Source of the DNA: a virus
Lineage: Duplodnaviria; Heunggongvirae; Uroviricota; Caudoviricetes
IMG/VR virus record: IMGVR_UViG_3300032007_000002
DNA length: 64,000 nt
Reading direction: 5' to 3' (one strand)
The notes below the pieces were generated by a model. The model was not told the DNA's origin, searched no databases, and worked only from the letters and a program-made list of their open reading frames with translations. A program made the position numbers and the translations under genes. Positions 10,177-20,486 of this stretch are shown here, piece after piece. Numbering within the stretch: position 1 is the stretch's first letter; each line of letters starts with the position of its first letter.

Positions 10177-10828
10177 ACTCTTTCAGCGCGGCGCCGTAGC
10201 GGAACCTGCTGTATTCGTTCCTGAAAGCAATCTTCTCGTCGCCGTAGTCAATGTTCTCGATTACGTTCTTGGGGATCCTGGCAAGCGGGGTCCCCTTTGC
10301 CATTGCGCGGAGACCGTTCCACTCGTCGTCGTGGAGCATCTTGAAGTAATGGGAGAACCATTCTGTGGGCCAGTCCGCGAGTGAGTGCGGCGGGAATAGC
10401 CGAAGGCCAGCGACCAGCTTCACGCCGACGGTGGACTGCAGCCAGTGGCCGAGGATTGTCTTCGGGTATGCCCTGTGCAGCCGCGTGAGGTAGTCCACCG
10501 TGAACGGGGACACTACGACATCGTCGTCCGTCGTGATGACCGGGATGTCCGGGTATTTCTTCATCGTCGGGTCGAGCTTTTTCAGGGCGCGGGTGTTCTC
10601 CTTGGTCCAGAGGACCTCGAATTTCGGGGAGTTCCGCGTCATGACCTCGATAGCTTCCGGGAGACGGTAGCCTTTGCCGAACTCGTCGGTGGACAGCACC
10701 AGCACGACCTTGTATTTGAAGAAGGTCCGCTGCGTGAGCCAGCGTGCGAGGACGCGGGGGAGTTCCGGGCAGTTGATCCGCCCGGACCAGGTCGTCAGGG
10801 AGACTACGATGTCTAGCGGTTCAGCCAT
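10133..10828 (-). CDS. glycosyltransferase-like protein (GT-A fold)
   Basis: SLTTWSGRI, LKKL, ITTDDD, HDDEW; start at MAEPL; paralog of 2728-3390. Confidence 0.65.
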   Translation of the reverse strand: MAEPLDIVVSLTTWSGRINCPELPRVLARWLTQRTFFKYKVVLVLSTDEFGKGYRLPEAIEVMTRNSPKFEVLWTKENTRALKKLDPTMKKYPDIPVITTDDDVVVSPFTVDYLTRLHRAYPKTILGHWLQSTVGVKLVAGLRLFPPHSLADWPTEWFSHYFKMLHDDEWNGLRAMAKGTPLARIPKNVIENIDYGDEKIAFRNEYSRFRYGAALKEFMREHPELGLRLPV

Positions 10829-11682
10829 TTGGCAATCGCGTCCTTCTTGGAATAGAAGTATGATTCCCAAATCTGGGTGACGTTGTCCAGGTTCTTGCTG
10901 GAGATGTCGTCCATCTTCGGTTTCTTTTGGACATACGGGCGCACGGCGAGCACGTTGTTTTCGCCGATGATGGACTTGACTTCGTATTCCCCGGACTTGC
11001 TGGAACGGGCCACCCAGTCGGAGAAGATGTATTCCGCCCAGCCGACGAGGGTCTTGTTGCCGCTGTCGGTGTTCGGGGTGTCCATGCCGGTTTCGAGGTC
11101 GAGGACCTTGAAGTTGGACCACCCGGATTTCAGGAGGCCCGCGTTGAGGACATCGACCGGGGAGTTCTTCCACATGCCGCCGTCGATGTAGCAGTTCTTG
11201 TCGCTGTCGTAAACGCAGTCGAAGTAGGTCGGGGCTGCGGTACTTGTCAACACTGCGAACCACTTATCAACATCTTTGTCACCAAGATCCCACACCTTTT
11301 CAACGGACGAGCCGTTCATGCAGGTGGACGGGATATAGACCGGCTTCTTCCAGGTCCCGATTTTGCCCGTGAACTTCTCCTGCAATAGCTTCTTGAGGTT
11401 AGAGTTGTTGTAGGTCGGGCACTTCGGTTTGAGGCGCTGCAATACGCCATACTTCGTGAAAATCTTTTTCAGGTTGCTGCGGTAGAGGTCGTACAGGTCA
11501 TGCGCGGAATAGCCTTCCGCGAACCCGGCAGCGATGATTGCGCCGGTTGATGTGCCGGCGTATGCCTGCGCGATGTCGGGAATTTTCTTCCCGATGAGCT
11601 GTTCGACTTTGCAGAGGAAGGCCAGGGGGCCGATGCCTAGCGCACCGCCACCGGCGACGGAGATGACGAGTTGACGTCCCAT
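10813..11682 (-). CDS. patatin-like phospholipase
   Basis: GGGALG oxyanion loop, GTSTG nucleophile, AAPTYF, DGG. Confidence 0.9.
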   Translation of the reverse strand: MGRQLVISVAGGGALGIGPLAFLCKVEQLIGKKIPDIAQAYAGTSTGAIIAAGFAEGYSAHDLYDLYRSNLKKIFTKYGVLQRLKPKCPTYNNSNLKKLLQEKFTGKIGTWKKPVYIPSTCMNGSSVEKVWDLGDKDVDKWFAVLTSTAAPTYFDCVYDSDKNCYIDGGMWKNSPVDVLNAGLLKSGWSNFKVLDLETGMDTPNTDSGNKTLVGWAEYIFSDWVARSSKSGEYEVKSIIGENNVLAVRPYVQKKPKMDDISSKNLDNVTQIWESYFYSKKDAIAKWLNR

Positions 11683-11685
11683 TGA

Positions 11686-11961
11686 TTATCCTTTCATGTG
11701 TTTAAACTTGCGCATCTGAACGAGATGCTCGTCGGCAGCCTCCTTGCTCGGATGGCTGCTCAGGATTTCGCCCGTCTCGTGGGATTCGATGACCCACGGG
11801 GCATCCTCACCCTTCGAGTTCTTGTGGCCTTCGCGATATACAACCGTTTCTATGAGCGGTTCGCCGAAGATGGCGTATGCGGCCTTGCCGAACGCATCTA
11901 CGAGGACATTGTCGTCGCAGTCACTGCGGGCTGCTTCTACGAGCTTGTCTATCTCTTCCAT
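11686..11961 (-). CDS. small late protein with shared N-terminal leader
   Basis: N-terminus aligns with 4118-4510; TATAAACT upstream. Confidence 0.65.
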   Translation of the reverse strand: MEEIDKLVEAARSDCDDNVLVDAFGKAAYAIFGEPLIETVVYREGHKNSKGEDAPWVIESHETGEILSSHPSKEAADEHLVQMRKFKHMKG

Positions 11962-11966
11962 AAACG

Positions 11967-12001
11967 AAAAAACTAGGGGTGTATTCAGCCCCTAGTTTAT
12001 A
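11967..12001 (-). terminator. intrinsic terminator overlapping a TATAAACT late promoter
   Basis: Minus strand TATAAACTAGGGG-ctgaataca-CCCCTAGTTTTT. Confidence 0.65.
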
Positions 12002-12037
12002 GACCCAGTCGGGTATCGAAATAGTGACTTGGCGGTA

Positions 12038-13522
12038 TTACTTCTTGGAGCACTTCACCGCGAAAGCGTCGTAAGTGTTGTCCGGGTGCACCACGATTGC
12101 AACGCCGGAGCACCAGTTGACCCACGGGCTGTTGCCCGTCTGGTTGTACTGGAGACCGGTTACACCGGCCTGCATGCAGCCGATGTAGTAGTCGCTCGTG
12201 ATGAAGAAGTTAAGCCGTTTGCCGAACTTGTCCGCCGCGTTGATGATCTCGTTGATGAACTGCTGCGTGTCGGAGACAATCTGGCTGCGGGCTTCGTCCG
12301 CGCTGGAAACCCCGAAGTAGGTCGTGAGTTCGTCCTGGGTGAGGTTCTCCGGCTGGTTGGCGTATTTCTTCAAAAGCTCGGTGGTGCCGGATGCCGGTCT
12401 GGATTTCAGGTACCGGTAGCCTTCCAGGAGCTCCTGGTCGATTGTGATGCCCGAGTAGTCGGATGCCGAGCTGTCGGTGTCGCCGCGCCCTTCCGCGATG
12501 CACTGTGCGGTATGCTGTGTGCGGATGAGCTCGGTCGCGAAGTAGTGCGCGTCGTTGGTCTCGAACGGGATCGTGCAGGTGGCGTATGAGGATGACGGTG
12601 CGTTGCCGTAGGCAAGCTGCGTGCCTATCGACTTCGCGTGGGCGATGCCGGTGCTGTTGATGTCGGTGGTGGAGCTACCGTCGCTGTCGCGTTCGGCGTG
12701 CCTGATCACATAGATGAGGCGGTCGCCCTCGGAAAGCCACGGCTTGTCGCTGTCGGTCGTCTTTTCCGGGTCACGCATGATTGCGGCGTAGTAGAAGGTG
12801 TGCTCCTTCGTCATGTTTTGTGACTGGTCCATGAGGAACGCGCGGACATATTCAACCAGTTCTTCCGGGATTTCCGGCTCTTCTGTCGGTTCTGTCGTGA
12901 AGATGAGCTCGTCGCCGCTCGCATACTCGATTGAGTCAGCGGCATCAAGCATGTCGATGTACTTCTGCTTGCGTTCTTCCGTAAGGAACGGGTCGGTGTC
13001 GAGCGCCTGGAAAACGACCTTCGCTTCGCGGAATGAACCGGTAAGCACCAGTGTGTAGGCCGGCGCTAACTTCTCGGCGATTTCCAGCGGGGTGATGCCA
13101 ATGAATTTCGTGAGGATGCACTCTTCCTTGAAGAGGGCTATCATCTCATTCGCCACTTCTATATTGTAGTCAACCTCGCCCGCCACGCCGTCGATTGCCG
13201 CGATGCGGGATGCGTTGGAATTGTATTCAACCTCGAAGCGGACCTTGTCGACTGGCTTGCCCAAGAAGTCAAGGACTGTGTGCTCGTCGTAGTTTTCGAT
13301 GATGTCCGCCGCGGAGTTCGTCCAGAAATCTTTGTTGTTGTATATGCACTGGTCGTCAACATACACAACACGGGAAAGGTATTTCATGTCGGTATCCTCT
13401 GTGAAAATGAAGTCGGCCTCGTCGCGGTTGTCATACTTGATTGCGTCCTTGAGCATGAAGAGGCTGGCGGACTGGTATGCAATTTCGCGGGTGGCTTTGT
13501 CAAGCGCGTAGAACTGTTTCAC
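12038..13522 (-). CDS. tail-associated domain fused to a histidine-phosphatase domain
   Basis: C-terminal half has IRHAER and RTQHTA; N-terminal half resembles 16372-16713; GTG start. Confidence 0.6.
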   Translation of the reverse strand: MKQFYALDKATREIAYQSASLFMLKDAIKYDNRDEADFIFTEDTDMKYLSRVVYVDDQCIYNNKDFWTNSAADIIENYDEHTVLDFLGKPVDKVRFEVEYNSNASRIAAIDGVAGEVDYNIEVANEMIALFKEECILTKFIGITPLEIAEKLAPAYTLVLTGSFREAKVVFQALDTDPFLTEERKQKYIDMLDAADSIEYASGDELIFTTEPTEEPEIPEELVEYVRAFLMDQSQNMTKEHTFYYAAIMRDPEKTTDSDKPWLSEGDRLIYVIRHAERDSDGSSTTDINSTGIAHAKSIGTQLAYGNAPSSSYATCTIPFETNDAHYFATELIRTQHTAQCIAEGRGDTDSSASDYSGITIDQELLEGYRYLKSRPASGTTELLKKYANQPENLTQDELTTYFGVSSADEARSQIVSDTQQFINEIINAADKFGKRLNFFITSDYYIGCMQAGVTGLQYNQTGNSPWVNWCSGVAIVVHPDNTYDAFAVKCSKK

Positions 13523-13524
13523 GG

Positions 13525-15120
13525 TTAAACCTCCATACCGTTTAGTTCAAGGTAAAACTTCTGGTCAGTGTAAAGCGTTGCCGACCTGACCCCGTCGGAT
13601 TGGTAGGTATTGTCGTAAGCGGCGGATGCGAGGTCTGCTGCTGTCCCGACGTGGTTGATGGCATCCTCCAGCGGCACTTCGGTGACTGCCGAAAAGAGCG
13701 AGACGATGTCGAAGAATGTGGGGATGGTTTGCTGGCCTGTGCTAGTGTCGCCAACTAGGGTGAATGCGGAACCGGTATAGACATAAATGCCGGGGTTGTG
13801 ATGGTCGTCTGGATATTGCCCGGTTTCGTTCAGGTAATAGATACAGTTGGCTGTCCATTCTGTGTAGGAAGTGCCGTAACCCGCATCGTTTGGACCGAAA
13901 TCTACGGTATATCCCGATTTGAGCGTAAATACATCGCCGGTATGGTCGGCATAGTAGAAAGAACCAGTTGCGCCGACGGCCTTGTTTGTGCCATCCGCTA
14001 CGTAGCTCTTGTTGATAAGGGCAATCAGCGCTTCCATGTAATTGCTGTAATCGCCGAAGTTGATTTCTTCCGGGACATCTACGCTGGCAATCTTCCGGTA
14101 AATCCTGTTTTGCGTCAAGTAAGGGCTGACGTTGCTGCCGGTGTAGATTGCGTATTCGTACAGTGCGAGGTCATTGAGAAGGCCCTTGGCCGTTGACTTC
14201 ATGCCAGCATACTGCAACGGATCGAGCGATGCCTTGCGGGTGTAGATGTGGTTGTCTTCAAGGACGTTTTGTCCGCCTTCGTTGTAGTTCCATCCGGTGT
14301 AGCGGAATACATAGTTTGAGGCTGTGCTTAGAATTGTGTCCTTTGCCGCAATGGGGAGACTGGTGCCGGCCGTTCCGACCGGGCCGATGTATGGTCCGGT
14401 GGCGGCAGAATTTCTTATGTAGATTGTTCCCGATGAGAGGCTGTTGAAGCTCCCCGTCCAACGGCGGAAAACACCGGCGGTAGTCGCAATGAACGTGTCG
14501 ATGCTATCGGTTTCCCCATAATAGCCGGCCGTATTGTTGATGTCGGCGATGCTCTTGCTCTGGGCCTGGCCATGCGTCCATTTTAGGTAGTTGCCGTGCC
14601 ATCCGCTAATGGCTTCCGGCTTGAACGAGGCATTGTTATTGGTGTACTGGATGTAATACTTGTAGCCTTTTTTGAGGGTCACGCCGGACACAGCGGCAAG
14701 CCGGCGGTAGCCATTCTTGCCGAACATGGTCTCGCTTGAAATCGTGTCGCCGCTAACTTTTGCGACAACGAGGCCGCTCTCGTGGAAGATGGCCACGTTT
14801 ACCGAGGTAGATGATTCGGACGTTTCCGTGAATATCGCCAGGTTGCTGAGGTTGATGTCCTCTACCGGGACGTATTCAATCGTGACCGCATCGTTGGTTT
14901 CGGCAAGCGATATGTCTGTCGTCCACACGATGTATTTTTCCAGGTCGGCTGCGGACTGGACAGTCGCGCCCGGCGGGATCATGTAGACACGGTCAATGTC
15001 CACGAGGTCATTGGACCCCCCGTTCTTTTTGAGGAACTTGATGCCGTAGGTGTCGGCATTTGGGTTCCCCCTGCTCGGGAAATGGCAGGCTATCTTGCCC
15101 CAGTGAGTTTTTGTTCCCAT
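13525..15120 (-). CDS. putative tail fibre / receptor-binding protein
   Basis: T/S/G/Y/N-rich, lower GC, within the fibre-like operon. Confidence 0.5.
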   Translation of the reverse strand: MGTKTHWGKIACHFPSRGNPNADTYGIKFLKKNGGSNDLVDIDRVYMIPPGATVQSAADLEKYIVWTTDISLAETNDAVTIEYVPVEDINLSNLAIFTETSESSTSVNVAIFHESGLVVAKVSGDTISSETMFGKNGYRRLAAVSGVTLKKGYKYYIQYTNNNASFKPEAISGWHGNYLKWTHGQAQSKSIADINNTAGYYGETDSIDTFIATTAGVFRRWTGSFNSLSSGTIYIRNSAATGPYIGPVGTAGTSLPIAAKDTILSTASNYVFRYTGWNYNEGGQNVLEDNHIYTRKASLDPLQYAGMKSTAKGLLNDLALYEYAIYTGSNVSPYLTQNRIYRKIASVDVPEEINFGDYSNYMEALIALINKSYVADGTNKAVGATGSFYYADHTGDVFTLKSGYTVDFGPNDAGYGTSYTEWTANCIYYLNETGQYPDDHHNPGIYVYTGSAFTLVGDTSTGQQTIPTFFDIVSLFSAVTEVPLEDAINHVGTAADLASAAYDNTYQSDGVRSATLYTDQKFYLELNGMEV

Positions 15121-15121
15121 G

Positions 15122-16372
15122 CTAGACTCCCGTTATGCGGAAGAACAGCGTCCCCTTTCCGCCGATGTCTGAACTGTGGTTCTGGACGATGTCAATGATT
15201 TGCGAGTCGCTCTCGACGACGAACAGCTGCTGCGGGAGCAGGGCCGGGGTTCCCGTTTCGATGGGGTTTACCTTGCACTGGACGGCATTGTCAATATTTG
15301 CCTTGTCCGATGCAGTGACTACGCCGGTGTTTCCGCTGGAGCCAGATGCCGGGGCGGTAGCAAGCGGGATGGTGGCCTTCTTGTTGGTGATGCTCACGTC
15401 CGCGCTGTCGTTTTCGAGACGGATGGATTCGATGACGTTCGTTTCGCCACCGCCACCACCGCCGGACACCCAGTCGAGCGTGCCGTTTGCATCGACTACG
15501 CCGAGTACCTTGCCGTTGTCGTTTGCATCCGGTGTAGGCCATGTTGTAGTAAGCCAAGTGTTGAAATCACCAATTTGTTCCTTTTCCGCACCGCTGAGGA
15601 GACCAGCGGTTCCGCCGGCTCCTCCCGATGCCGCGGTTGCGAGGGGGACTGTCACTATCTTGGTGGTAGAATCCGGGGTAAGCGGATCGGATGCGCCATA
15701 CAGCTTGACGCCGTTGATGACGTTCATTTCGCCACCGCCACCACCGCCACCGGTAGAGCTGAACGTGAGTGTCTTGTCGCCGGTTGTTGCGTCCGTGGAT
15801 ATTGCAATCGTGACGTTGTTGCCTTCGGCAAAGATGAGCTTCCCGGATTCGCCCGGGGTGACCTCCGTGTCGGTCCCGCTAATCTTTGCATAGATTGAGC
15901 TGAACAGCGCATCGAGCTTTACCTTGTCAACCGCGGACATGAAGCCGGACTTTGCCGGGACATTTACTGTCTGGCCTGGGTCGTTCGGGTCTTCCTCAGT
16001 AGTCGCGTTCTGTGCGCACGGGGCATAAATCCACGGGTCGTCGCTCGGGTTCGTGGGGAGGCTGGCGATGGACGTAATCGAGCTGTCGGCTTCCTCGATT
16101 GCCAGGTGGACTGTCCGGTTGGCAGGCACCGCGATGTTGACCGACTTGTCGTTCGGGTCAATCGTCGCTGCGGTCCCGTTCACCTTGACCATCTCGATGA
16201 CGTTTTCTTGCGCATTGCCGGGGAGGTTGGCGAGCTTTTCGATAAGTTCGGTACTGACGACGTCCTTGCCTTCCTTGGCTTCCTGTGCGCTGATTTGTGA
16301 GCGGACGCGGGCCTGCTCGGTAGCGTCGAGGGTCTGTTCGTTGTAGCGGACACTAGGATTTACAAAAGACAT
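15122..16372 (-). CDS. putative tail fibre protein with repeats
   Basis: Repeated GGGGGGE(M/T)NVI..V/I(K/R)L...PLATA units and GFMSAVDKVKLD. Confidence 0.65.
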   Translation of the reverse strand: MSFVNPSVRYNEQTLDATEQARVRSQISAQEAKEGKDVVSTELIEKLANLPGNAQENVIEMVKVNGTAATIDPNDKSVNIAVPANRTVHLAIEEADSSITSIASLPTNPSDDPWIYAPCAQNATTEEDPNDPGQTVNVPAKSGFMSAVDKVKLDALFSSIYAKISGTDTEVTPGESGKLIFAEGNNVTIAISTDATTGDKTLTFSSTGGGGGGGEMNVINGVKLYGASDPLTPDSTTKIVTVPLATAASGGAGGTAGLLSGAEKEQIGDFNTWLTTTWPTPDANDNGKVLGVVDANGTLDWVSGGGGGGETNVIESIRLENDSADVSITNKKATIPLATAPASGSSGNTGVVTASDKANIDNAVQCKVNPIETGTPALLPQQLFVVESDSQIIDIVQNHSSDIGGKGTLFFRITGV

Positions 16373-16713
16373 TATGCTTCCTCCTTATTGGGAAGTTGAC
16401 GGTCTTCTCCTTCTTGGAGGGATTTTAACAGCCATTCCTGGATTTTTTCCAGGCCCGAAATTGAAATCTGGTTGATTTTCGTGATGGCCGAATCGAACAG
16501 CCCGAGCTGGATGTAGGGGACTACGTCCTTGATGTAGGGGTCGAAGTCGAGGCCTTCATACTGTGGGAGCTGCTTGATGAAGTCGTTGATTATGACCTGG
16601 CCGATGTACTGGTTCCATTCCAGGCCGGTCTTTCCGTGGCTTTCGTAGAGGACCGTGCCGTTGGGGCCGGACTGGTTCCGCATGAGTTCCTGTCTGTTGT
16701 AAGTAGTAAGCAT
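16372..16713 (-). CDS. small tail-associated protein (possible fibre assembly factor)
   Basis: Between fibre-like genes; GAGG RBS. Confidence 0.5.
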   Translation of the reverse strand: MLTTYNRQELMRNQSGPNGTVLYESHGKTGLEWNQYIGQVIINDFIKQLPQYEGLDFDPYIKDVVPYIQLGLFDSAITKINQISISGLEKIQEWLLKSLQEGEDRQLPNKEEA

Positions 16714-16722
16714 GGTTCCTCG

Positions 16723-19700
16723 TTAGGTTGCTGAGTGGATGTTGCGGATGGACATGAAGATACGGGCCGTGTCGATGTCCTCACTGCCCTCGGTGGAGCT
16801 CAATGTCCCGAGATACTGCGCGAATGTTGCGTCGGTAAGGTTGTTGATGCTGCCGCCGGTCAAGTTTTCCAGGTTTGGCCTATGGAGCGTAAGCCGCGGG
16901 ACGCCGTTGCACGTCGCGTTGTACCCGCCACATCCGTAAAGGCCGTGCATTGCCGGGGTATTTCCACCAGAGTCCTGCTTGCAGATGAGCGCGGTGTAGT
17001 AGAGCTTGTCGGAATACAGCTTGCTGTGCGTTTCGCTGATATTGCCCGACGGTATGGTGAGTTCGCGGAAGGCGGACACCGATGGGCTTGACTGCGCGAA
17101 GTCGCTGCAGTTATGGAAATTGGTGTGGCAAACGAGCGCGATGCTGTTTGGGCTATCCAAGTCGAACTCGTAGATGGCGAGTGCGAACTTGCCTGCCGTT
17201 CCTGGCTGGCGGAGATAGAACCCCATCTTGGCACCTGCCTTGATTTCCTGTGACATGACCGGCGTGAACAGGGTTCCGAAGAACACGCCGTTTCCGAACC
17301 ATGCCAGGTTGGAACCGCCGAGATCGTAGGAATTGTGGATTTCCGAGAACGACATGTTGGTGATGATGCGTTCGTCGATTGTCGTCTGCGTTTCTTTTGC
17401 AATTTCGACCGCTTCCTGCGCCGAACCTTCGAGAACGACCGATACGCCGTCGGTCGGGTCGATAATGATTCCGCCCCCTGCCTTCACCTTTATTTGCAGG
17501 TTGTTGTTGCCGTCGGTTTCGAGACCCTTGCCGACGTTTACGTTGATGTTATGGTCGTTTGCGTCGACGGTCGTCGCGATACCGCTGTTGTACTGGGTGC
17601 TCTGGGAGCTGTCGTATTCTGCGGTGCCGGACATGTATTCCTTCACTGCGATACGCGGGAACACGAGGATGTTGTCGCCGGTAGTCGAGTAGTCACCGGC
17701 ATAGGTGAGCATGTAGCCATGATACACCTTGCCGTTGATGGTGAAGTCCTTACCGGAGTTGTTGGAGATTGTCACCGTGCCCGTGAGCGAGCACATGCCG
17801 ACTTCTGCCGGGTATGACATGTGGTGAAGTTCCAAACTTTCGTTGGAACTGCCGGAGAGCACGCGCTGGACGGAGATGTCGCCGAACCCGTAGAACCCTG
17901 TGCTCGGGGTGCGTTCAAGACGAACGTCGTAAGTGAGCTCGAAGAGGTCAACGCCGTCAACGCCGTCGTTCAGCTGCGGGTCGGAGTTCGGGATGGTCTT
18001 GAGCGCGAACACGCACATCTTGTGGGTGTTCGGGTCTTCGGCAAACAGGAACCTGCCGTTGGCGGAGTCCAGCTTTATTACCATTGAATCGGTGATGAGG
18101 TTGGTCGAGTGGGCGGAGACATTGATGACGCCGGCGTCACCCCCGAGATAGCCGATTGCATGGTCGAGGGAAACTTCGAAGTCCTTTGCGCCGGTGTAGT
18201 CGGTGTATTCGGTCACGGAAACGCCGCGGCCCGCGCTGACGGAGACCGGGACTGCCTGGGAACCGCCCTGTGCCGAGATTTCCACCTCGTTCGTGTTCGG
18301 GTCCGCGGTAAGGACGACGTTGTTGCCTGCTTTCAGGCGGAGCGTGGACTTTTCGTCGGACGGTTCGATGTCAACTTCGCCCGCCGGGGTTCCGTCCGTA
18401 TCGACGGTGACCTTGGAGAAGTTCTTCAACTCGTCGAGCTTTTCCTTGTCCTCGCCGGTCATGAGGCCTTCCGTATATGTGGTCGAGTCGTTCTCGGTCA
18501 CATGGGAGGCGAGCGGGACTTCGAGCGTCGAGTCGGTGCCCTGGTTGGCGCTGAAAAGGTTGGATGCCGACTGGGCGCTACCGAGCTTGACTTTCAGCTT
18601 GCCGTCGTTGACCTGGAGAGCGTCGAGCTTCTGGTAGTCGGCTGGCGCGATGAGACCTTCCTGGTATGTGGTCGCCCCGCCGTTGGTGCTCTTGCCCATC
18701 GGGACGCTGACGGACACCGGGTCGTTGTCGGCCTGGTTGGCGGAGAAGGTCTGCGCCGCAGCGGTTCCTACCTGGATGGAGAGCGTACCGTCATGGACGT
18801 TCTCCGCCGTCTGCGCGGAACCGGTAATGTTGATTGCGTATGTGTCAGACGGGGTCCCGGTGGTCGGGAGATTGTCCTGCTTGGAAGTGTCGTGCGGGTG
18901 GACGTGGTCCTCGCGCGAGAACGCGGATGATGTGCCTACTGCGCCAACACCGTCCATTAACGGTGTGCTGTTTCCGGCGACCGGGACGACGATGTTTGCA
19001 ATTTTGTCATTGCCAACGACCGTCTGGTTGTTTACCCTGACATCCTGGACCGCGGTGTCGGCCTTTGCGCCCTGTGCCGCGGTGGCGAAGTCGCTTACCT
19101 TTGCGCCGGCATCTTCGATGGAGCCGTCGGCCTTGACCTTCACGAGGTTGCCGGTAGTCGCGTTGGTGAGCTTCTGGATGTAGTTGGAAAGGTCAACGGA
19201 TGTCTCGCCGATGATTTCCCATGAACCCTGTGCGCTGCCTTCCGGGATGGACCAGATCCATTCCGTGTATTTGTCCTTCTTAGTGGACTGAGAAGCCTTC
19301 GTAAGGTAGATGAAGCGCGGGGACGGGTCCTGGACATCGGGAACTTGTGGTTCGGTACTGGTGAGGGGGACAATCTTGAACCCGCCGTAGTTCGCGAGGG
19401 CAAGTTCGATTGCCGTGTTCATCGCGTCCAGTGTCGGGCGGTCGTCGATGGCTTCCTTGATGTTGCGTCCGCTTTCGTCGCCGTATGCGCGGCGTGCGGC
19501 AAATTCCTTGCCCTTGTATGAGAGCCAGAGCGATACTGCGTCCGGCGCTTCGCCGAACACATGGGCGACAATCTGCTGCCAGGAGACGTTGTTGTTCTCG
19601 TCTGCGGAGAGGATGTTGTCCGCGGCCTGCGATGTCGGGAGGGTTCCCGTCACCGTATGCGTGCGCGTACCGGCCTCGGTGATGTGGCCGCTTGCGTCAT

Positions 19701-20373
19701 ACTTGACATAGGGAACTTCGACCGTAGGACCTTCGGTAGCCGTTCCCGTGCCGGTCTGGCCCGGGGAAACGTGGTTTGTGTGCTTGAAGGTGTTCTTGTT
19801 GCCGGACGTGTCCAGCTTTATGCCGTCGGCTGCTTCGTAGGTAGTGTCGGTGATTTCTACACCGGGGATTGCATCGAGATCCGCCGCAGTAACGGCTTCA
19901 TACGCGGAAATGTGTCCCTTGTTGTCACGGGCCACCTTGTAAAGGCCGAGGCCGAACGGATCCGCGGTCGGGTGGATATACTTGTTTGCGCCATCTTCGA
20001 TGCCGTTGAGTTTCTGCGCGTCGTTCGTCCGATATGGGGCCGTGATTTGGCTAAGGATGTCCTGATTTCCGTGCTGGTGGGCCCAGCTTACGGCAGTCTG
20101 GACACCGGACTTGTTGATGCCGGAGTCCGCGAGGTTGCCGTAGGCGTCAAGCATCGCCATCTTGCCGTTGTGGCCAGTTCCGACCTTGTCGGCCTTCTTG
20201 TTCAGCTCGGACGGGTCAACGCCCCCACCGCCACCGCCCATCCATGAGCGGAACTCGTCGAGCGTGACCTTACCGGTAATCTGCATTTGGCTGTCCAGGG
20301 CCACATAGGCGCCCGGTACATACCCGGCCCTCCAAGGCGGTAAATCTTTGATTCGGACTTGTTTCTCTGCCAT
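16723..20373 (-). CDS. large putative tail fibre protein
   Basis: 1216 aa; KADKV, SREDHVHP, duplicated FSANQ...EGL...KLD units; TATAAACT upstream. Confidence 0.65.
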   Translation of the reverse strand: MAEKQVRIKDLPPWRAGYVPGAYVALDSQMQITGKVTLDEFRSWMGGGGGGVDPSELNKKADKVGTGHNGKMAMLDAYGNLADSGINKSGVQTAVSWAHQHGNQDILSQITAPYRTNDAQKLNGIEDGANKYIHPTADPFGLGLYKVARDNKGHISAYEAVTAADLDAIPGVEITDTTYEAADGIKLDTSGNKNTFKHTNHVSPGQTGTGTATEGPTVEVPYVKYDASGHITEAGTRTHTVTGTLPTSQAADNILSADENNNVSWQQIVAHVFGEAPDAVSLWLSYKGKEFAARRAYGDESGRNIKEAIDDRPTLDAMNTAIELALANYGGFKIVPLTSTEPQVPDVQDPSPRFIYLTKASQSTKKDKYTEWIWSIPEGSAQGSWEIIGETSVDLSNYIQKLTNATTGNLVKVKADGSIEDAGAKVSDFATAAQGAKADTAVQDVRVNNQTVVGNDKIANIVVPVAGNSTPLMDGVGAVGTSSAFSREDHVHPHDTSKQDNLPTTGTPSDTYAINITGSAQTAENVHDGTLSIQVGTAAAQTFSANQADNDPVSVSVPMGKSTNGGATTYQEGLIAPADYQKLDALQVNDGKLKVKLGSAQSASNLFSANQGTDSTLEVPLASHVTENDSTTYTEGLMTGEDKEKLDELKNFSKVTVDTDGTPAGEVDIEPSDEKSTLRLKAGNNVVLTADPNTNEVEISAQGGSQAVPVSVSAGRGVSVTEYTDYTGAKDFEVSLDHAIGYLGGDAGVINVSAHSTNLITDSMVIKLDSANGRFLFAEDPNTHKMCVFALKTIPNSDPQLNDGVDGVDLFELTYDVRLERTPSTGFYGFGDISVQRVLSGSSNESLELHHMSYPAEVGMCSLTGTVTISNNSGKDFTINGKVYHGYMLTYAGDYSTTGDNILVFPRIAVKEYMSGTAEYDSSQSTQYNSGIATTVDANDHNINVNVGKGLETDGNNNLQIKVKAGGGIIIDPTDGVSVVLEGSAQEAVEIAKETQTTIDERIITNMSFSEIHNSYDLGGSNLAWFGNGVFFGTLFTPVMSQEIKAGAKMGFYLRQPGTAGKFALAIYEFDLDSPNSIALVCHTNFHNCSDFAQSSPSVSAFRELTIPSGNISETHSKLYSDKLYYTALICKQDSGGNTPAMHGLYGCGGYNATCNGVPRLTLHRPNLENLTGGSINNLTDATFAQYLGTLSSTEGSEDIDTARIFMSIRNIHSAT

Positions 20374-20438
20374 ACGGGTATCTGCCTAGCCAGTAAAAGT
20401 TTCGTCCATAGTTTATAGTCTGGGCTGCCGGGCAAACG

Positions 20439-20466
20439 AAAAAGCCGACCGTGTTCCGGTCGGCTT
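20439..20466 (-). terminator. intrinsic terminator
   Basis: AAGCCGACCG-gaaca-CGGTCGGCTTTTT after the 20487 stop. Confidence 0.75.
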
Positions 20467-20486
20467 CATAAGTGGGAATTGCCCTG

